Of a DNA stretch of 55,408 nucleotides, positions 37,034 to 47,323 are shown in pieces. How positions within the stretch are numbered: position 1 is the first letter of the stretch; each line of letters starts with the position of its first letter. The notes under the pieces were generated by a model. The model worked only from the letters and a program-made list of their open reading frames with translations. It ran no database searches and was not told the DNA's origin. The translations under genes and the position numbers were made by a program. This stretch comes from a virus (lineage: Duplodnaviria > Caudoviricetes): IMG/VR virus record IMGVR_UViG_3300036398_002939, positions 1 through 55,408 of that record. The stretch is one strand, 5' to 3'.

Positions 37034-37878
37034 ATGGTTTCCTTTATCCTATTGTAAATTATTTTTATAGACTCCTGCAATCCTATAAATTTTATACCCA
37101 AATCAAAATAATTACCAACATAATCACCATTGGTTGAATTTATTTTGTTTATAGATTCATCTTCCATTGATACTATCTCAACTCGGTCATCATCTACATC
37201 ATTTATCATTTCTAATATTTCTTTCAATCTAAACGACTTTTCATAAACACAATCTATTGTTTTTGGAAAACGTGTGTAATCTATCAAAAATTCATCTATC
37301 ATTTTTGCTAAATCATCTATGTAAAAGAAATCCATCAGTCTATTTGAAAACAATGTCATTGGTAATCCATTTATTTTTTTTTCTATATTACCACGAATCA
37401 ATCTGTCTGAATTTTCATCAGTACCAAAACAATTAAATATTCTGAAATTATACATCTTATCTTCTATTAAACACAACTTACTTATTACACTTTTTGACAT
37501 ACCATAGTAATCTATTGGGTATCTATCTTTTGAATCGATGTTTATATCAAATCTTCTATCTAATTCTGCACCAGAACCAAATGTTATTATTTTATCAAAA
37601 CAATGTTTATTTGATAAAAGATTATATGTCATCAGAATGTTTTTGTAAAACATTTCTTCCGTATCTGGTTTAGTTCTTCTCCCACCCTCAACTGCAGTAT
37701 GTATTACTAAATCATATTGCTTATCTGAAAAGAATTTTTTTGTAGATTCGTAATCTGTTAAATCTAATTCATTTCTTGAAACCGTATCTATTTTATATTT
37801 TTCGGATAAAAGTTTTGATAAATTTCTACCAATAAAACCATTTGCACCAGTAATTAATATTTTATTTAGAACTTTCAT
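37030..37878 (-). CDS. NAD-dependent epimerase/dehydratase (extended SDR)
   Basis: ITGANGFIG, YGMSK. Confidence 0.9.
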   Translation of the reverse strand: MKVLNKILITGANGFIGRNLSKLLSEKYKIDTVSRNELDLTDYESTKKFFSDKQYDLVIHTAVEGGRRTKPDTEEMFYKNILMTYNLLSNKHCFDKIITFGSGAELDRRFDINIDSKDRYPIDYYGMSKSVISKLCLIEDKMYNFRIFNCFGTDENSDRLIRGNIEKKINGLPMTLFSNRLMDFFYIDDLAKMIDEFLIDYTRFPKTIDCVYEKSFRLKEILEMINDVDDDRVEIVSMEDESINKINSTNGDYVGNYFDLGIKFIGLQESIKIIYNRIKETI

Positions 37879-38402
37879 AGTTTTCTGGCAAAAATAACTT
37901 TACATTCACCATTAGTATGTGTCAAATCTATTTTGTCATATATTTCGTACCCACATGTAGTTAATTTATCAATAGCCATTTTGTATAATTCATCTCCGTG
38001 GGTTTCTATGTAGTATTGTTCTATCTTTGAAAATATTTCATCGGGAACAGAAAGTAGATGTAACTCACCACCTTCTATATCAGATTTGATAATATCTATA
38101 TCATTTTCTTCTATTAATTTTATCATAGTATCAACATTTGATATTAATGTATTTTGAATAGAAAACATATCTAAGTAATCATTCATATTACTTTTCATAG
38201 TTTCCACGTCTTGATTTGATCCATCTACGCCAATTACATAAATTGCACCAAGACCTAAAAAGTATTCCAAAGTTGATGGGTATGTTAAACCACCAATCCT
38301 ACCGAAATCACCACACCCTAAATCCAAAACTCTTTTACCTTTTACAAAAACAGATTCCCAATGTAAATGGGGTTCTTCGCTATTCACTAATCTAAATTCC
38401 AT
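37875..38402 (-). CDS. SAM-dependent methyltransferase (FkbM-like)
   Basis: VLDLGCG, KSDIEGGE, IETH. Confidence 0.75.
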   Translation of the reverse strand: MEFRLVNSEEPHLHWESVFVKGKRVLDLGCGDFGRIGGLTYPSTLEYFLGLGAIYVIGVDGSNQDVETMKSNMNDYLDMFSIQNTLISNVDTMIKLIEENDIDIIKSDIEGGELHLLSVPDEIFSKIEQYYIETHGDELYKMAIDKLTTCGYEIYDKIDLTHTNGECKVIFARKL

Positions 38403-38403
38403 T

Positions 38404-40164
38404 TTAATTCCTCTCAAAAATGTTTATATTCATGTCTGTCAATTCGCCTGGTATTATTTTTCCACTTGCATCTATCCCTTTGGCAACAACTTTTGGTTCG
38501 TGTTGTTCATTAGGATCGGAAAATACTTCTACTATTATTGGAAACAATTTCGTTTCACTGAAAACTCGATTTAATACTGTATCTATTTCTTTATTATTTT
38601 TTATTGAAAAATATTTAAACCCAAAAACATTTGAAAGCAAATCAAATCTTGGTATAGATACACCGGATGATATTTCTGATGCAACAAGATTTCCTTTGAA
38701 AAAAGAATTTTGTGTTAATTTTATTGACAAATAACCATCGTTGTTTATTATGAAAAGAATCATTGGTATATTATTATGACGCACAGTTTCTAGTTCTTGT
38801 AGATTCATCATAATACTGCCGTCACCTTCAATACATATCACTGGTTTATTACATCCATAATGTGCACCAATAGCCGCTGGTAATCCATAGCCCATGGGTG
38901 CCGTACCCTCATTACTAAAAAGTCTCTGATTTGATTTCAGGTTTATAGTTTTTAATGGAACAACATGAGCTGTTCCATCGCTTGTCACAATCACAGAATC
39001 ATCCGATAAATAACTTTCTAATCGTTTTGAAAAAACATAGGTACTAACATAATCTGTCAATAAATTATGTTTTTCTAAAACAAGTTTTTCTTTTGACCTA
39101 ATATCGAGAACATAATTTCTCCATTCGTCTATATTTTGTTTTTCTAAATTTCCATGCACGATTTGAAAAAAATCTTTCAAGTCAATTTCCCATTCAACCT
39201 TTGATTCAAATTTTAATTTTTTCATTTCGTTTGAATCAATATCTACTAAAAATTTTACAGCATTCGGAGCAAATTTACTTTGATCATAACCTATCATTTT
39301 TGGATTCAATCGTGAACCTATTGATATTACTAAATCACTATTTTGGATTATCCTATTCGATGTATATTGCCCCAATAAACCGAAACGACCTGCATAGTAT
39401 TTGTAATCCGTATTTACAACATCAACCGATGAATGTGGACCTGTCATAACAGGTATTTCCAAATCAAAAACAAATTGATTAAACTGTTTCGTAGTTAATG
39501 ATGATCTAACCCCACCACCAACAACTATAACAGGTTTTTTACTTTTATTAAGTAGTTCTTTTAGAGTTTGCAACTTTTCAATATGATTTGTAATCGAATA
39601 TGAAAAATCATTTCTCACTTGAAATCCATCTAACTCTGATGGGTTTATATTTGATGCCTGTATATCAAGTGGTATATCTATCCAAACAGGTCCTGGTCTA
39701 CCATTGGTTGCAAGATGATATGCCTTTTCTAATTCATACCGTATTTTATTTTTATCTGTGACTATGACAGAATACTTTGTCATATTTTTTACAGTATCTA
39801 CTATGTTAAATTCTTGTTGTCCGATTTGTCTACAACCGGTTCCATTTGATAACTGTTCAGTTGGAACTTGACCAGATAAAATAATCATTGGGATAGAATC
39901 TTGATATGCACATAAAACTCCAGTCAATGCATTTGTTCCACCGGGACCGGTTGTAACTAATATACAACCAGGTTTATCCGATGTTCTAGCATATCCTTCT
40001 GCAGCCATTGCACATGCCTGTTCGTGGTGATTGCATACATATTTTATCAATTCGTTTCTACCAAGAGAATCAACAAGGTGCATGCATCCGCCACCAGAAA
40101 CAGTAAAAACTGTATCTATATCTTTTGATGCAATAAAATTAAAAACATAGTCTGATAGTTTCAT
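38404..40164 (-). CDS. ThDP-dependent acetolactate-synthase-like enzyme (YerE-like, sugar branching)
   Basis: HHEQ..AMAAEGYAR, TTGPG.TN, GDGS.MMNLQEL, NNDGYLSI; located in a sugar cluster. Confidence 0.85.
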   Translation of the reverse strand: MKLSDYVFNFIASKDIDTVFTVSGGGCMHLVDSLGRNELIKYVCNHHEQACAMAAEGYARTSDKPGCILVTTGPGGTNALTGVLCAYQDSIPMIILSGQVPTEQLSNGTGCRQIGQQEFNIVDTVKNMTKYSVIVTDKNKIRYELEKAYHLATNGRPGPVWIDIPLDIQASNINPSELDGFQVRNDFSYSITNHIEKLQTLKELLNKSKKPVIVVGGGVRSSLTTKQFNQFVFDLEIPVMTGPHSSVDVVNTDYKYYAGRFGLLGQYTSNRIIQNSDLVISIGSRLNPKMIGYDQSKFAPNAVKFLVDIDSNEMKKLKFESKVEWEIDLKDFFQIVHGNLEKQNIDEWRNYVLDIRSKEKLVLEKHNLLTDYVSTYVFSKRLESYLSDDSVIVTSDGTAHVVPLKTINLKSNQRLFSNEGTAPMGYGLPAAIGAHYGCNKPVICIEGDGSIMMNLQELETVRHNNIPMILFIINNDGYLSIKLTQNSFFKGNLVASEISSGVSIPRFDLLSNVFGFKYFSIKNNKEIDTVLNRVFSETKLFPIIVEVFSDPNEQHEPKVVAKGIDASGKIIPGELTDMNINIFERN

Positions 40165-40168
40165 GTGT

Positions 40169-41248
40169 TTACTTTATATTATTTTTTAATAATGGTTCAT
40201 CTTTTTTCATATCACATATCAAAACGGAATCCTTTTCTATGAAATCCCTCGATGAGATATGTCCTATTTCTTTTTGATATGGTATAGCACCATACAAGTC
40301 TTTAATTTCAACAACTTCACCGGATTTCATATCTCTTTTCAAATACAATCCTCTATAAAGTGATTCTAAGTAAATTGATTCTTTTTCATCAATAACTCTA
40401 CGAACATTAGATGATGTTCCACACATAATAACAGATTTTTTGTATGCCTTAAACCACTCGTCTATTTGATGTGGTAGAGAGCAATAATTTGAAACTTCTT
40501 TTTGTTCATGTCCTTTTGGATATGGAATATCTATATGTCTTTCCCATGTCCTTGCTCCCTTTGCATATGATATTAACATGGAAGAATGCCAATCGTGATA
40601 TTCATGTGTAGATAAACCAACAACCAATTTAGGATATTTCTGTTTTAAATAATCTATTTGATTTAGTTCCAATTCATCATCTTCACTTGGATATTTTGAA
40701 ACACAATGGTTTATTGCCAATGGAATGTTCCTATTAACAAAAAAAGAAACAACATCATCTATTTGTTTATCGTTAGCACCACCAGTTGATATTATTACCG
40801 GTTTTTTTGTTGATGCAATTTTATTCAGAAGAACCCAATCATTTATATCTGAACTTGCTATTTTTATTATTGGTAAATCTAATTCAACACAAAAGTCCAC
40901 GGACTTTTCATCAAAAGGAGTTGCCATTGGAATACAATCGTGTTTTTTTATGTATTCAATTAGCTCTTTAAATTCATCATAAGTCAATTTTGTTTTTGAT
41001 GTTTTTTGTATGTATCTGGTTCTTTTTTTCAAATTAGTTAGTTCTTGACCAGATCCCTCATCTTTGAATTTTTTATGTATAAAATTATCAACATCTCTAA
41101 ATTGTAATTTTATAGAAGCCTTGACTTTATTTTCCTTTACAACCTTTGCAAATTCTCTTATGATTTTCTTTCCTCTTTCAATCGAACCCCAATGGTTATT
41201 GGCCAATTCCAAAACAAATAAGTTTTCAAATATATCACTTCCTTTCAT
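40169..41248 (-). CDS. NeuB-family (N-acetylneuraminate/nonulosonate synthase-like) protein
   Basis: ELANNHWG, TPFD, KIAS, STGG, HCVSKYP, GLSTH, ERH. Confidence 0.9.
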   Translation of the reverse strand: MKGSDIFENLFVLELANNHWGSIERGKKIIREFAKVVKENKVKASIKLQFRDVDNFIHKKFKDEGSGQELTNLKKRTRYIQKTSKTKLTYDEFKELIEYIKKHDCIPMATPFDEKSVDFCVELDLPIIKIASSDINDWVLLNKIASTKKPVIISTGGANDKQIDDVVSFFVNRNIPLAINHCVSKYPSEDDELELNQIDYLKQKYPKLVVGLSTHEYHDWHSSMLISYAKGARTWERHIDIPYPKGHEQKEVSNYCSLPHQIDEWFKAYKKSVIMCGTSSNVRRVIDEKESIYLESLYRGLYLKRDMKSGEVVEIKDLYGAIPYQKEIGHISSRDFIEKDSVLICDMKKDEPLLKNNIK

Positions 41249-41273
41249 TAAAATACCTCTAATCAATGTAAAA

Positions 41274-42227
41274 TTACCATATAAATTTATTTCTATAAAA
41301 TTCCACAATATCTGCAATTTCTTCATCAAAATTCTTTACTGGCTTCCATCCTAGTGAACGCAACTTTGAATCATCTAATGCATATCTAACATCTTCACCC
41401 GGTCTACCTATTGAAAAATCTAAGTGTTCCATAATATCTTCACATTTATTATCATACAATTTAATGATTTTTTCAACAACTTCCAAATTATTTTTTTCTA
41501 AACCACCACAAATATTGTATATTTCGTTTTTTACATCAGATTCCATTATAGTTATCACGGCACTTGCGGTATCATTTGCATGCAACCAATTTCTCACCGG
41601 AGTTCCTTTACTATGTAACGGTATCTTTCTGCCAATACCGAGATACTTACAAGACTTTGGAATAAGTTTTTCTACATACTGACCTATTCCATAATTGTTT
41701 GTTGGTCTAACTATAACATATGAAATACCATAAGTTCTTGCCCACGCCTGTATTAACATATCTGCAGCAGCTTTTGTTGCAGAATACGGGTTGGATGGTT
41801 TTAATAAATCCGTCTCTGTGTGATCACCATCGGTTATGTCCCCATACACCTCGTCTGTGCTAAAATGTAATAAAATAGGTTTCTTATTATTTTCTTGTCT
41901 ATAATTTTTCAACAATTCTAATATTCTATGAACACCATTTATATTAGAATGAACAAAATCGTCACTCTTTACTATTGAGTTTCCAACATGAGTTTCAGCT
42001 GCCGTATTAATTATGTAGTCACAATCATATAAAAATTCCAAATCATTTATATCACATTGAGTAAATACAAAATTTTCGTATTTATTAAATTCATCCAATA
42101 AATCTCTATTAGCAGCATAAGTTACTTTATCAACCCCACGTACATACCACCCTTTCTTTAAACATTCTCTAGTAACATATGATCCAATAAAACCTAGACA
42201 TCCTGTTACATACACTATCTTTCGCAT
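41274..42227 (-). CDS. NDP-glucose 4,6-dehydratase (RmlB/RfbB-like)
   Basis: VTGCLGFIG, AAETHV, STDEVYG, YSATKA, NNYG. Confidence 0.92.
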   Translation of the reverse strand: MRKIVYVTGCLGFIGSYVTRECLKKGWYVRGVDKVTYAANRDLLDEFNKYENFVFTQCDINDLEFLYDCDYIINTAAETHVGNSIVKSDDFVHSNINGVHRILELLKNYRQENNKKPILLHFSTDEVYGDITDGDHTETDLLKPSNPYSATKAAADMLIQAWARTYGISYVIVRPTNNYGIGQYVEKLIPKSCKYLGIGRKIPLHSKGTPVRNWLHANDTASAVITIMESDVKNEIYNICGGLEKNNLEVVEKIIKLYDNKCEDIMEHLDFSIGRPGEDVRYALDDSKLRSLGWKPVKNFDEEIADIVEFYRNKFIW

Positions 42228-42248
42228 ATATTCACTCCTTATCAAATG

Positions 42249-43826
42249 TTAATATGGGTTTGAACCATATAATTTATGTAAATTTTGTTTTTCTATTTGA
42301 GCTTTATCGAGTTGTGTTTTGCTTATGGTTTCTTCGTGATCAAGATAGATACAAAGAACTTCTGGTATCAATTTAAATCTTGAACCGTTTAAAGCAAATC
42401 TAATCCACATTTCCCAATCACCTATTGTATTAAATTGTTGATAGTTAAAATATCCAACCGCATCATGTAAAGATTTTCTCCACATAGGGTCTGGACCGGC
42501 ATAACATGCATTTAAAACATATTTTTCATATTCATCTGGATATTCTAACACATTTATTTTATTTAAATCTATGTTATCAAAATCCAATGATTCGTCTCTA
42601 GTTGGTGCATAATAACTGTATGTCATATCATATTCATTATTTTCCAACAAATCATATTTTATTTTTGTATTTATTGGATGACGTATATCATCTATATTCC
42701 AGTTTGTAATATATTTTGTTGTTGCGTTTTCTATTCCCAAATTCCAAGCGTTGTATACGCCAAGTTTTTCGTTTTCTTTAATAAACTTAAAATTTTCAAA
42801 TCCCTTCAATTCTTCAAATAAATCTGACCATTCGTTGTAAATTATGATATGTTCCGTTTCTTCAAATAGATGTTGCCTTTTCACATTATTTATGTATCTC
42901 GGTATAAATCGACCATATCTTTCCAAAGAACCTATTGCAGTTATTACAGAAACTTTAAATTTATTTATAGAATCTTCTGCATTATTTTTAATATTAAGTA
43001 TATCATATCCCCAATCCCCCAAATTTGGTATTGAATATTTTTCTGTCATTTCTTGTATAAAATCAATTCTGTAATTATTTTTTGTTGCAAGTTCTTCAAA
43101 AATCCAACTTGGTATTTTACACAAAGAGTTCGTATATTCTTCTTCCCAATTAAAATTGTTAATAGATTCATCATAAGCAGAATAACCAACTGTATTTGTG
43201 TTATGTTTGTTTTTTGTTAAATAATCAGTCACTTTCCAAAAATACTGTTTTATAGCAACAAATTTTTTATTCATCCATTGTAGATGTACAATATGTAAAT
43301 CCGAATCGTTAATCGTTAGATACTTTTCGGTTGGTGGTAAATGTGTTGAATGCATCTGTGTTTTTTTAAATTCATATCTTTTTGAATATGAACCAATTCT
43401 ATCTTTAAAATTATTCAGCCATGGACCATCCGTTCTAATTGTATTTACCGATGTGTATTGTCTCCATCTTAAATTAAAAACAGTGTCTTTATTATTTTCT
43501 AATAATGTTTCAAGTTCGTTCTTTTTTAGTTTACCATTCAAATATTCATCACCATCTAAACATATAATTTTATCCGAATACTTTAAACCGGCATCAAATA
43601 AAGTTTGACGCATATCTGTCTCAAATGTTAGATTCTCTACATCTCGTTTTATATGCATTATATCCAATATATTATATTCATCTTTGTATTCTTTCAGATA
43701 ATCGATAACAGAGTCATCACTCGTATCAACATAAAAAACAAATGCATCGGCGTATTCTTTCCATATTGGTAATAATTTTTTTAACAAAATCAAATCATTT
43801 CGTATCATTGAAATCTGAACTATCAT
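42249..43826 (-). CDS. Two-domain glycosyltransferase family 2
   Basis: LDGDE in the N-terminal domain; AWNLGI...NIDD...GDWEMW in the C-terminal domain. Confidence 0.8.
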   Translation of the reverse strand: MIVQISMIRNDLILLKKLLPIWKEYADAFVFYVDTSDDSVIDYLKEYKDEYNILDIMHIKRDVENLTFETDMRQTLFDAGLKYSDKIICLDGDEYLNGKLKKNELETLLENNKDTVFNLRWRQYTSVNTIRTDGPWLNNFKDRIGSYSKRYEFKKTQMHSTHLPPTEKYLTINDSDLHIVHLQWMNKKFVAIKQYFWKVTDYLTKNKHNTNTVGYSAYDESINNFNWEEEYTNSLCKIPSWIFEELATKNNYRIDFIQEMTEKYSIPNLGDWGYDILNIKNNAEDSINKFKVSVITAIGSLERYGRFIPRYINNVKRQHLFEETEHIIIYNEWSDLFEELKGFENFKFIKENEKLGVYNAWNLGIENATTKYITNWNIDDIRHPINTKIKYDLLENNEYDMTYSYYAPTRDESLDFDNIDLNKINVLEYPDEYEKYVLNACYAGPDPMWRKSLHDAVGYFNYQQFNTIGDWEMWIRFALNGSRFKLIPEVLCIYLDHEETISKTQLDKAQIEKQNLHKLYGSNPY

Positions 43827-43837
43827 TTTATCCCTTT

Positions 43838-44515
43838 TTAAATTTTATGATGAATCTTGTTTATATCAGAAAATAATTTTCTATTCTGATAAAGTAAATG
43901 GGGGTTTATTAAATAGACATTTTTTCCAGTATCTATTAAATGATTTATAGCATGGTCTCCCCAAAATTTCTTTTCTTTCAAAACATTAAACAAATCCAAA
44001 TAAACTTTTGAATTTATGGCAATACCATGACAACCTGCAACTAATGGGTTTATATCAGATGAATAATGTCTTCCTTCATTTATTATTTTTTTGAAAAAAA
44101 TTTCTTTTGAATTTTTTCTTGAATCATTGATTCCACCAAGTATAACAATATCCCAATCATCCGGTGGAACTAATAACGAAAAATCCAAATCTTCTTCCCA
44201 TTCGTAAAATATCGTATCATCGTCAAATGCCATGTGGCTTTCCGATTGTTTTGAAATCTCTTGCATTAAAATAAACTCTGATGTTAATTGGTTGCCATAA
44301 AATCCTGCAGAAGCAGGATATTTTATATGATGTCTTCCGTGCATAAAATTGTAATCAGTATCAACAAATTTTGTGCCATCTATTGCCTCTATTCTACTAT
44401 ATGATAATCCTATATTTTTAGCACTATCATCGAATGATTTCATTCTTTCATTTGAGTTATGCAAATTTTTAACATAAGCATTTCCAAATATTTTATTTAA
44501 TGCATTACCTATCAT
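43838..44515 (-). CDS. Glycosyltransferase family 25-like
   Basis: NL....ER...RIEAIDG, FDDD, DWDIVILG. Confidence 0.75.
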   Translation of the reverse strand: MIGNALNKIFGNAYVKNLHNSNERMKSFDDSAKNIGLSYSRIEAIDGTKFVDTDYNFMHGRHHIKYPASAGFYGNQLTSEFILMQEISKQSESHMAFDDDTIFYEWEEDLDFSLLVPPDDWDIVILGGINDSRKNSKEIFFKKIINEGRHYSSDINPLVAGCHGIAINSKVYLDLFNVLKEKKFWGDHAINHLIDTGKNVYLINPHLLYQNRKLFSDINKIHHKI

Positions 44516-44524
44516 AATATATCC

Positions 44525-45517
44525 CTAAATTATTTTAAGCAAATCATCAAAATATTTTTTGAATGATGATAGACTAAAATGTTTTAAATAATTTTCTCTT
44601 GCAATTCTTGAACATTCATCATAAAATTCAGAATCATTCATTAGTTTATTTACCAAAACATTTGCAGAATGTATGTCAGATATATTCACAGACAATTCTG
44701 GAAAACAAATTCTTTGAGTATCTACATCTTTATTGCCTATACATGGTATTCCAAAATAAGCACAGTTCAGATAGAAAGTTCCAGCAGCAACAGTAGGCAT
44801 TAAATGAACCGCATATTTAAATTCAGATAATGATGTCATCCAATCTGTCCAACTTAATCTTGGAAGATGATTTAAATTATCTACAAGTTCCTCATTTTCT
44901 CTCATAGCATGAGAAGTCTGTGTCCATATAGGTAAATTAAAGTTAGAAGCAACTAAATAACTTTCAAACCCACCATACCATCTTGAAAAATTTCCACCAA
45001 CCATAACTTTATTTTCTCTTTTTGGTAAAGTATTTTTTATAGTTTCTTCTATTATCAATGATGGTATTATATTCACTTGTTTATTTTTAAAAAGACCTTT
45101 GTAATAATTAACATCAATTTCATTGTGAACAAATATCCCATCACATTCTGAAATCATATTGTAAAACATTATCTGATCTTCTATTTCATAATTCGTCCAC
45201 CACCAATGTGGACCCTCCTGCACATAAAATACTTTTGAATTATTATCTTTTAATTTTTTCAAAAAGTCTGAGTTGAGTATGTTACTAACAGGATTTACAT
45301 CCGATACCAATTTACTTCCCTCTGCACTTAAAAAGACTCTACCTTTTGGAAATATAATAAAAACAAAATCATAACCAACAATATTTTTGTAATTATAGAT
45401 ATTATCATGTTCTGCATTTAAGGCATTCATCCAAGCAAATTCCGTTCTCATATTTTTATGATGTGACGGAATTTTTCCAGTAAACCCCATTTCTGTTAAA
45501 AAAATAATTTTATGCAT
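44525..45517 (-). CDS. GT-B glycosyltransferase
   Basis: MRTEFAWM; AAGTF.LNCAYFGIPCIG. Confidence 0.7.
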   Translation of the reverse strand: MHKIIFLTEMGFTGKIPSHHKNMRTEFAWMNALNAEHDNIYNYKNIVGYDFVFIIFPKGRVFLSAEGSKLVSDVNPVSNILNSDFLKKLKDNNSKVFYVQEGPHWWWTNYEIEDQIMFYNMISECDGIFVHNEIDVNYYKGLFKNKQVNIIPSLIIEETIKNTLPKRENKVMVGGNFSRWYGGFESYLVASNFNLPIWTQTSHAMRENEELVDNLNHLPRLSWTDWMTSLSEFKYAVHLMPTVAAGTFYLNCAYFGIPCIGNKDVDTQRICFPELSVNISDIHSANVLVNKLMNDSEFYDECSRIARENYLKHFSLSSFKKYFDDLLKII

Positions 45518-45524
45518 AACAATT

Positions 45525-46685
45525 TTATTTAGATATATTATTTAAATATTCTTTTATCTTATCACAGACATAATCTACATCGTCTGTTGTCATTCCATGA
45601 TGTGCACCCAAAAGAAATCCATCTTTCATTATGGTATCTGCATTAGAAAATGTTTCTAAATATTCTCTATAAACAGGATGACGAGTGATATTACCTGCAA
45701 ATGTAACACGAGTTTGAATATCGTTATCTTCCAAATAAGTTAGTAGACCCAATCTATCTTCATATTGAAGTGGGATTGCGAGCCAATTAGGTTTGATACT
45801 ATCGTCTGGAAGACTTATCTCTGAAATATCTTTTAGATTTTCAATATACCTTTCGATATTTTTTCTTCTTATATCAACAAACCTATCTAACTTTTCCATT
45901 TGAACCAAACCAAATGCTGCATTCATTTCAGATGATTTGAAATTGTAACCAAGAACACCATATAAAAATTTGAAATCATATGGTATTCCATCAACTTGAT
46001 GATTGAATCTTTGATCAACTTCCTCAGTATTATTTCCAATTCTGCCCCAATCTCTAAATTGCAAACAAACATCACGGAGTTTTTCATCATTAAACATCAC
46101 CATTCCACCGGAACCACCTGCAGTGATTACATGGGAGGCATAAAATGATGTAGTTGAAATATCAGTTTCTTCCGTATATGTCATTGTATCTGCAGAATCT
46201 TCAATCAATATAATATCGGTTCTACCAATAGAAATTATATGATCACGAATTGCCTTCCAATCTGGTTTATTGCCAATCAAATTTGGAATCATAATAACTC
46301 GTGTATCATCTGTTATTTTTTCCACAATCTGATTAACGGTTGGTACATATGTTGTAAGACCAACATCACAGAAAATTGGCTTTAATCCCAACTGAACCAT
46401 AGGTGCAACAGTGGTTGAAAAAGTACAGGCGGGTGTGATAATATGACTACCCTTTGGTAAATGTAAAGATGCAAGAGCAAGCAAACACGCAGAAGAACCA
46501 GAATTTACAAATACTCCATATTTTTTTCCAAAATACTTTGATACTATATTTTCAAATTCAATTGATCTAGGACCGAATCCAGCTATCCAACCATCACGCA
46601 AACATTGTTCAACTGCTTTAATTTCTTCTTCTCCGTATGATTCAAACTTATTTGGAGCATACCAAACTTTTTTTCTTAAATTCAT
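45525..46685 (-). CDS. DegT/DnrJ-family PLP/PMP enzyme, 3-dehydratase type (RfbH/ColD-like)
   Basis: VNSGSSA.L, IED, TSFYASHVIT (His at the usual Lys position), RDWGR, GYN. Confidence 0.85.
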   Translation of the reverse strand: MNLRKKVWYAPNKFESYGEEEIKAVEQCLRDGWIAGFGPRSIEFENIVSKYFGKKYGVFVNSGSSACLLALASLHLPKGSHIITPACTFSTTVAPMVQLGLKPIFCDVGLTTYVPTVNQIVEKITDDTRVIMIPNLIGNKPDWKAIRDHIISIGRTDIILIEDSADTMTYTEETDISTTSFYASHVITAGGSGGMVMFNDEKLRDVCLQFRDWGRIGNNTEEVDQRFNHQVDGIPYDFKFLYGVLGYNFKSSEMNAAFGLVQMEKLDRFVDIRRKNIERYIENLKDISEISLPDDSIKPNWLAIPLQYEDRLGLLTYLEDNDIQTRVTFAGNITRHPVYREYLETFSNADTIMKDGFLLGAHHGMTTDDVDYVCDKIKEYLNNISK

Positions 46686-46695
46686 GTTTCACCTA

Positions 46696-47319
46696 TTAAA
46701 TATTTCTATAAAATTGATTTTGTTTTTCTTGTTTATCTATTGATTTTATATGATAAAAACAATATGCTTCTTCTTCTGGTAGAGAACTGTAAACCTCATA
46801 ACCCGATAATCTCTCGTGTACTTTATTTACCCAATTTATATTCTTTGAGTTTTTGTATATTCTTGTCTGATAATCTGGCCAATTAATTCGGCCTTCTTCA
46901 TCAAAGTTCCATCCCCATTTTTTTATGTGTTCATCAGTTATATCATCAACAACATTCCATCTTGGCACCAGAAACATATCTACTTGTGAATTTTCTTCTA
47001 GTAAAGAATGTATGTTTTCAATTAAGAATGTTGAAGGAACTTCGTCGGCATCAATATTCACTATCCATTCATTTGAACAATAATTTCTTATATTATTTTT
47101 AAAAGAAGAAAAATCATTTTTCAATGGAAATTTTATGTAAACAAAATTGTTAAACTTATCAATGAAATCTTCTATAACACTTTCAACATCTTCGGTAACT
47201 TTATCTGCATCAGATTGTACAACCACTTCGTCTACATCTTTAATGTATTTTAAAAGGAATGTTAATAGTAATTGTAGTTCATGTGCCTCATTGTAAACGG
47301 TGATAGTATAGCTTATCAT
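46696..47319 (-). CDS. Glycosyltransferase family 2
   Basis: ISYTITVYNE, IDADE, WPDYQTRI, VHE. Confidence 0.85.
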   Translation of the reverse strand: MISYTITVYNEAHELQLLLTFLLKYIKDVDEVVVQSDADKVTEDVESVIEDFIDKFNNFVYIKFPLKNDFSSFKNNIRNYCSNEWIVNIDADEVPSTFLIENIHSLLEENSQVDMFLVPRWNVVDDITDEHIKKWGWNFDEEGRINWPDYQTRIYKNSKNINWVNKVHERLSGYEVYSSLPEEEAYCFYHIKSIDKQEKQNQFYRNI

Positions 47320-47323
47320 AAAT

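Noticed and set aside
38404-40164. Acetolactate synthase for branched-chain amino acid synthesis
   Set aside because: No regulatory subunit or other ilv genes; the context is entirely sugar biosynthesis.
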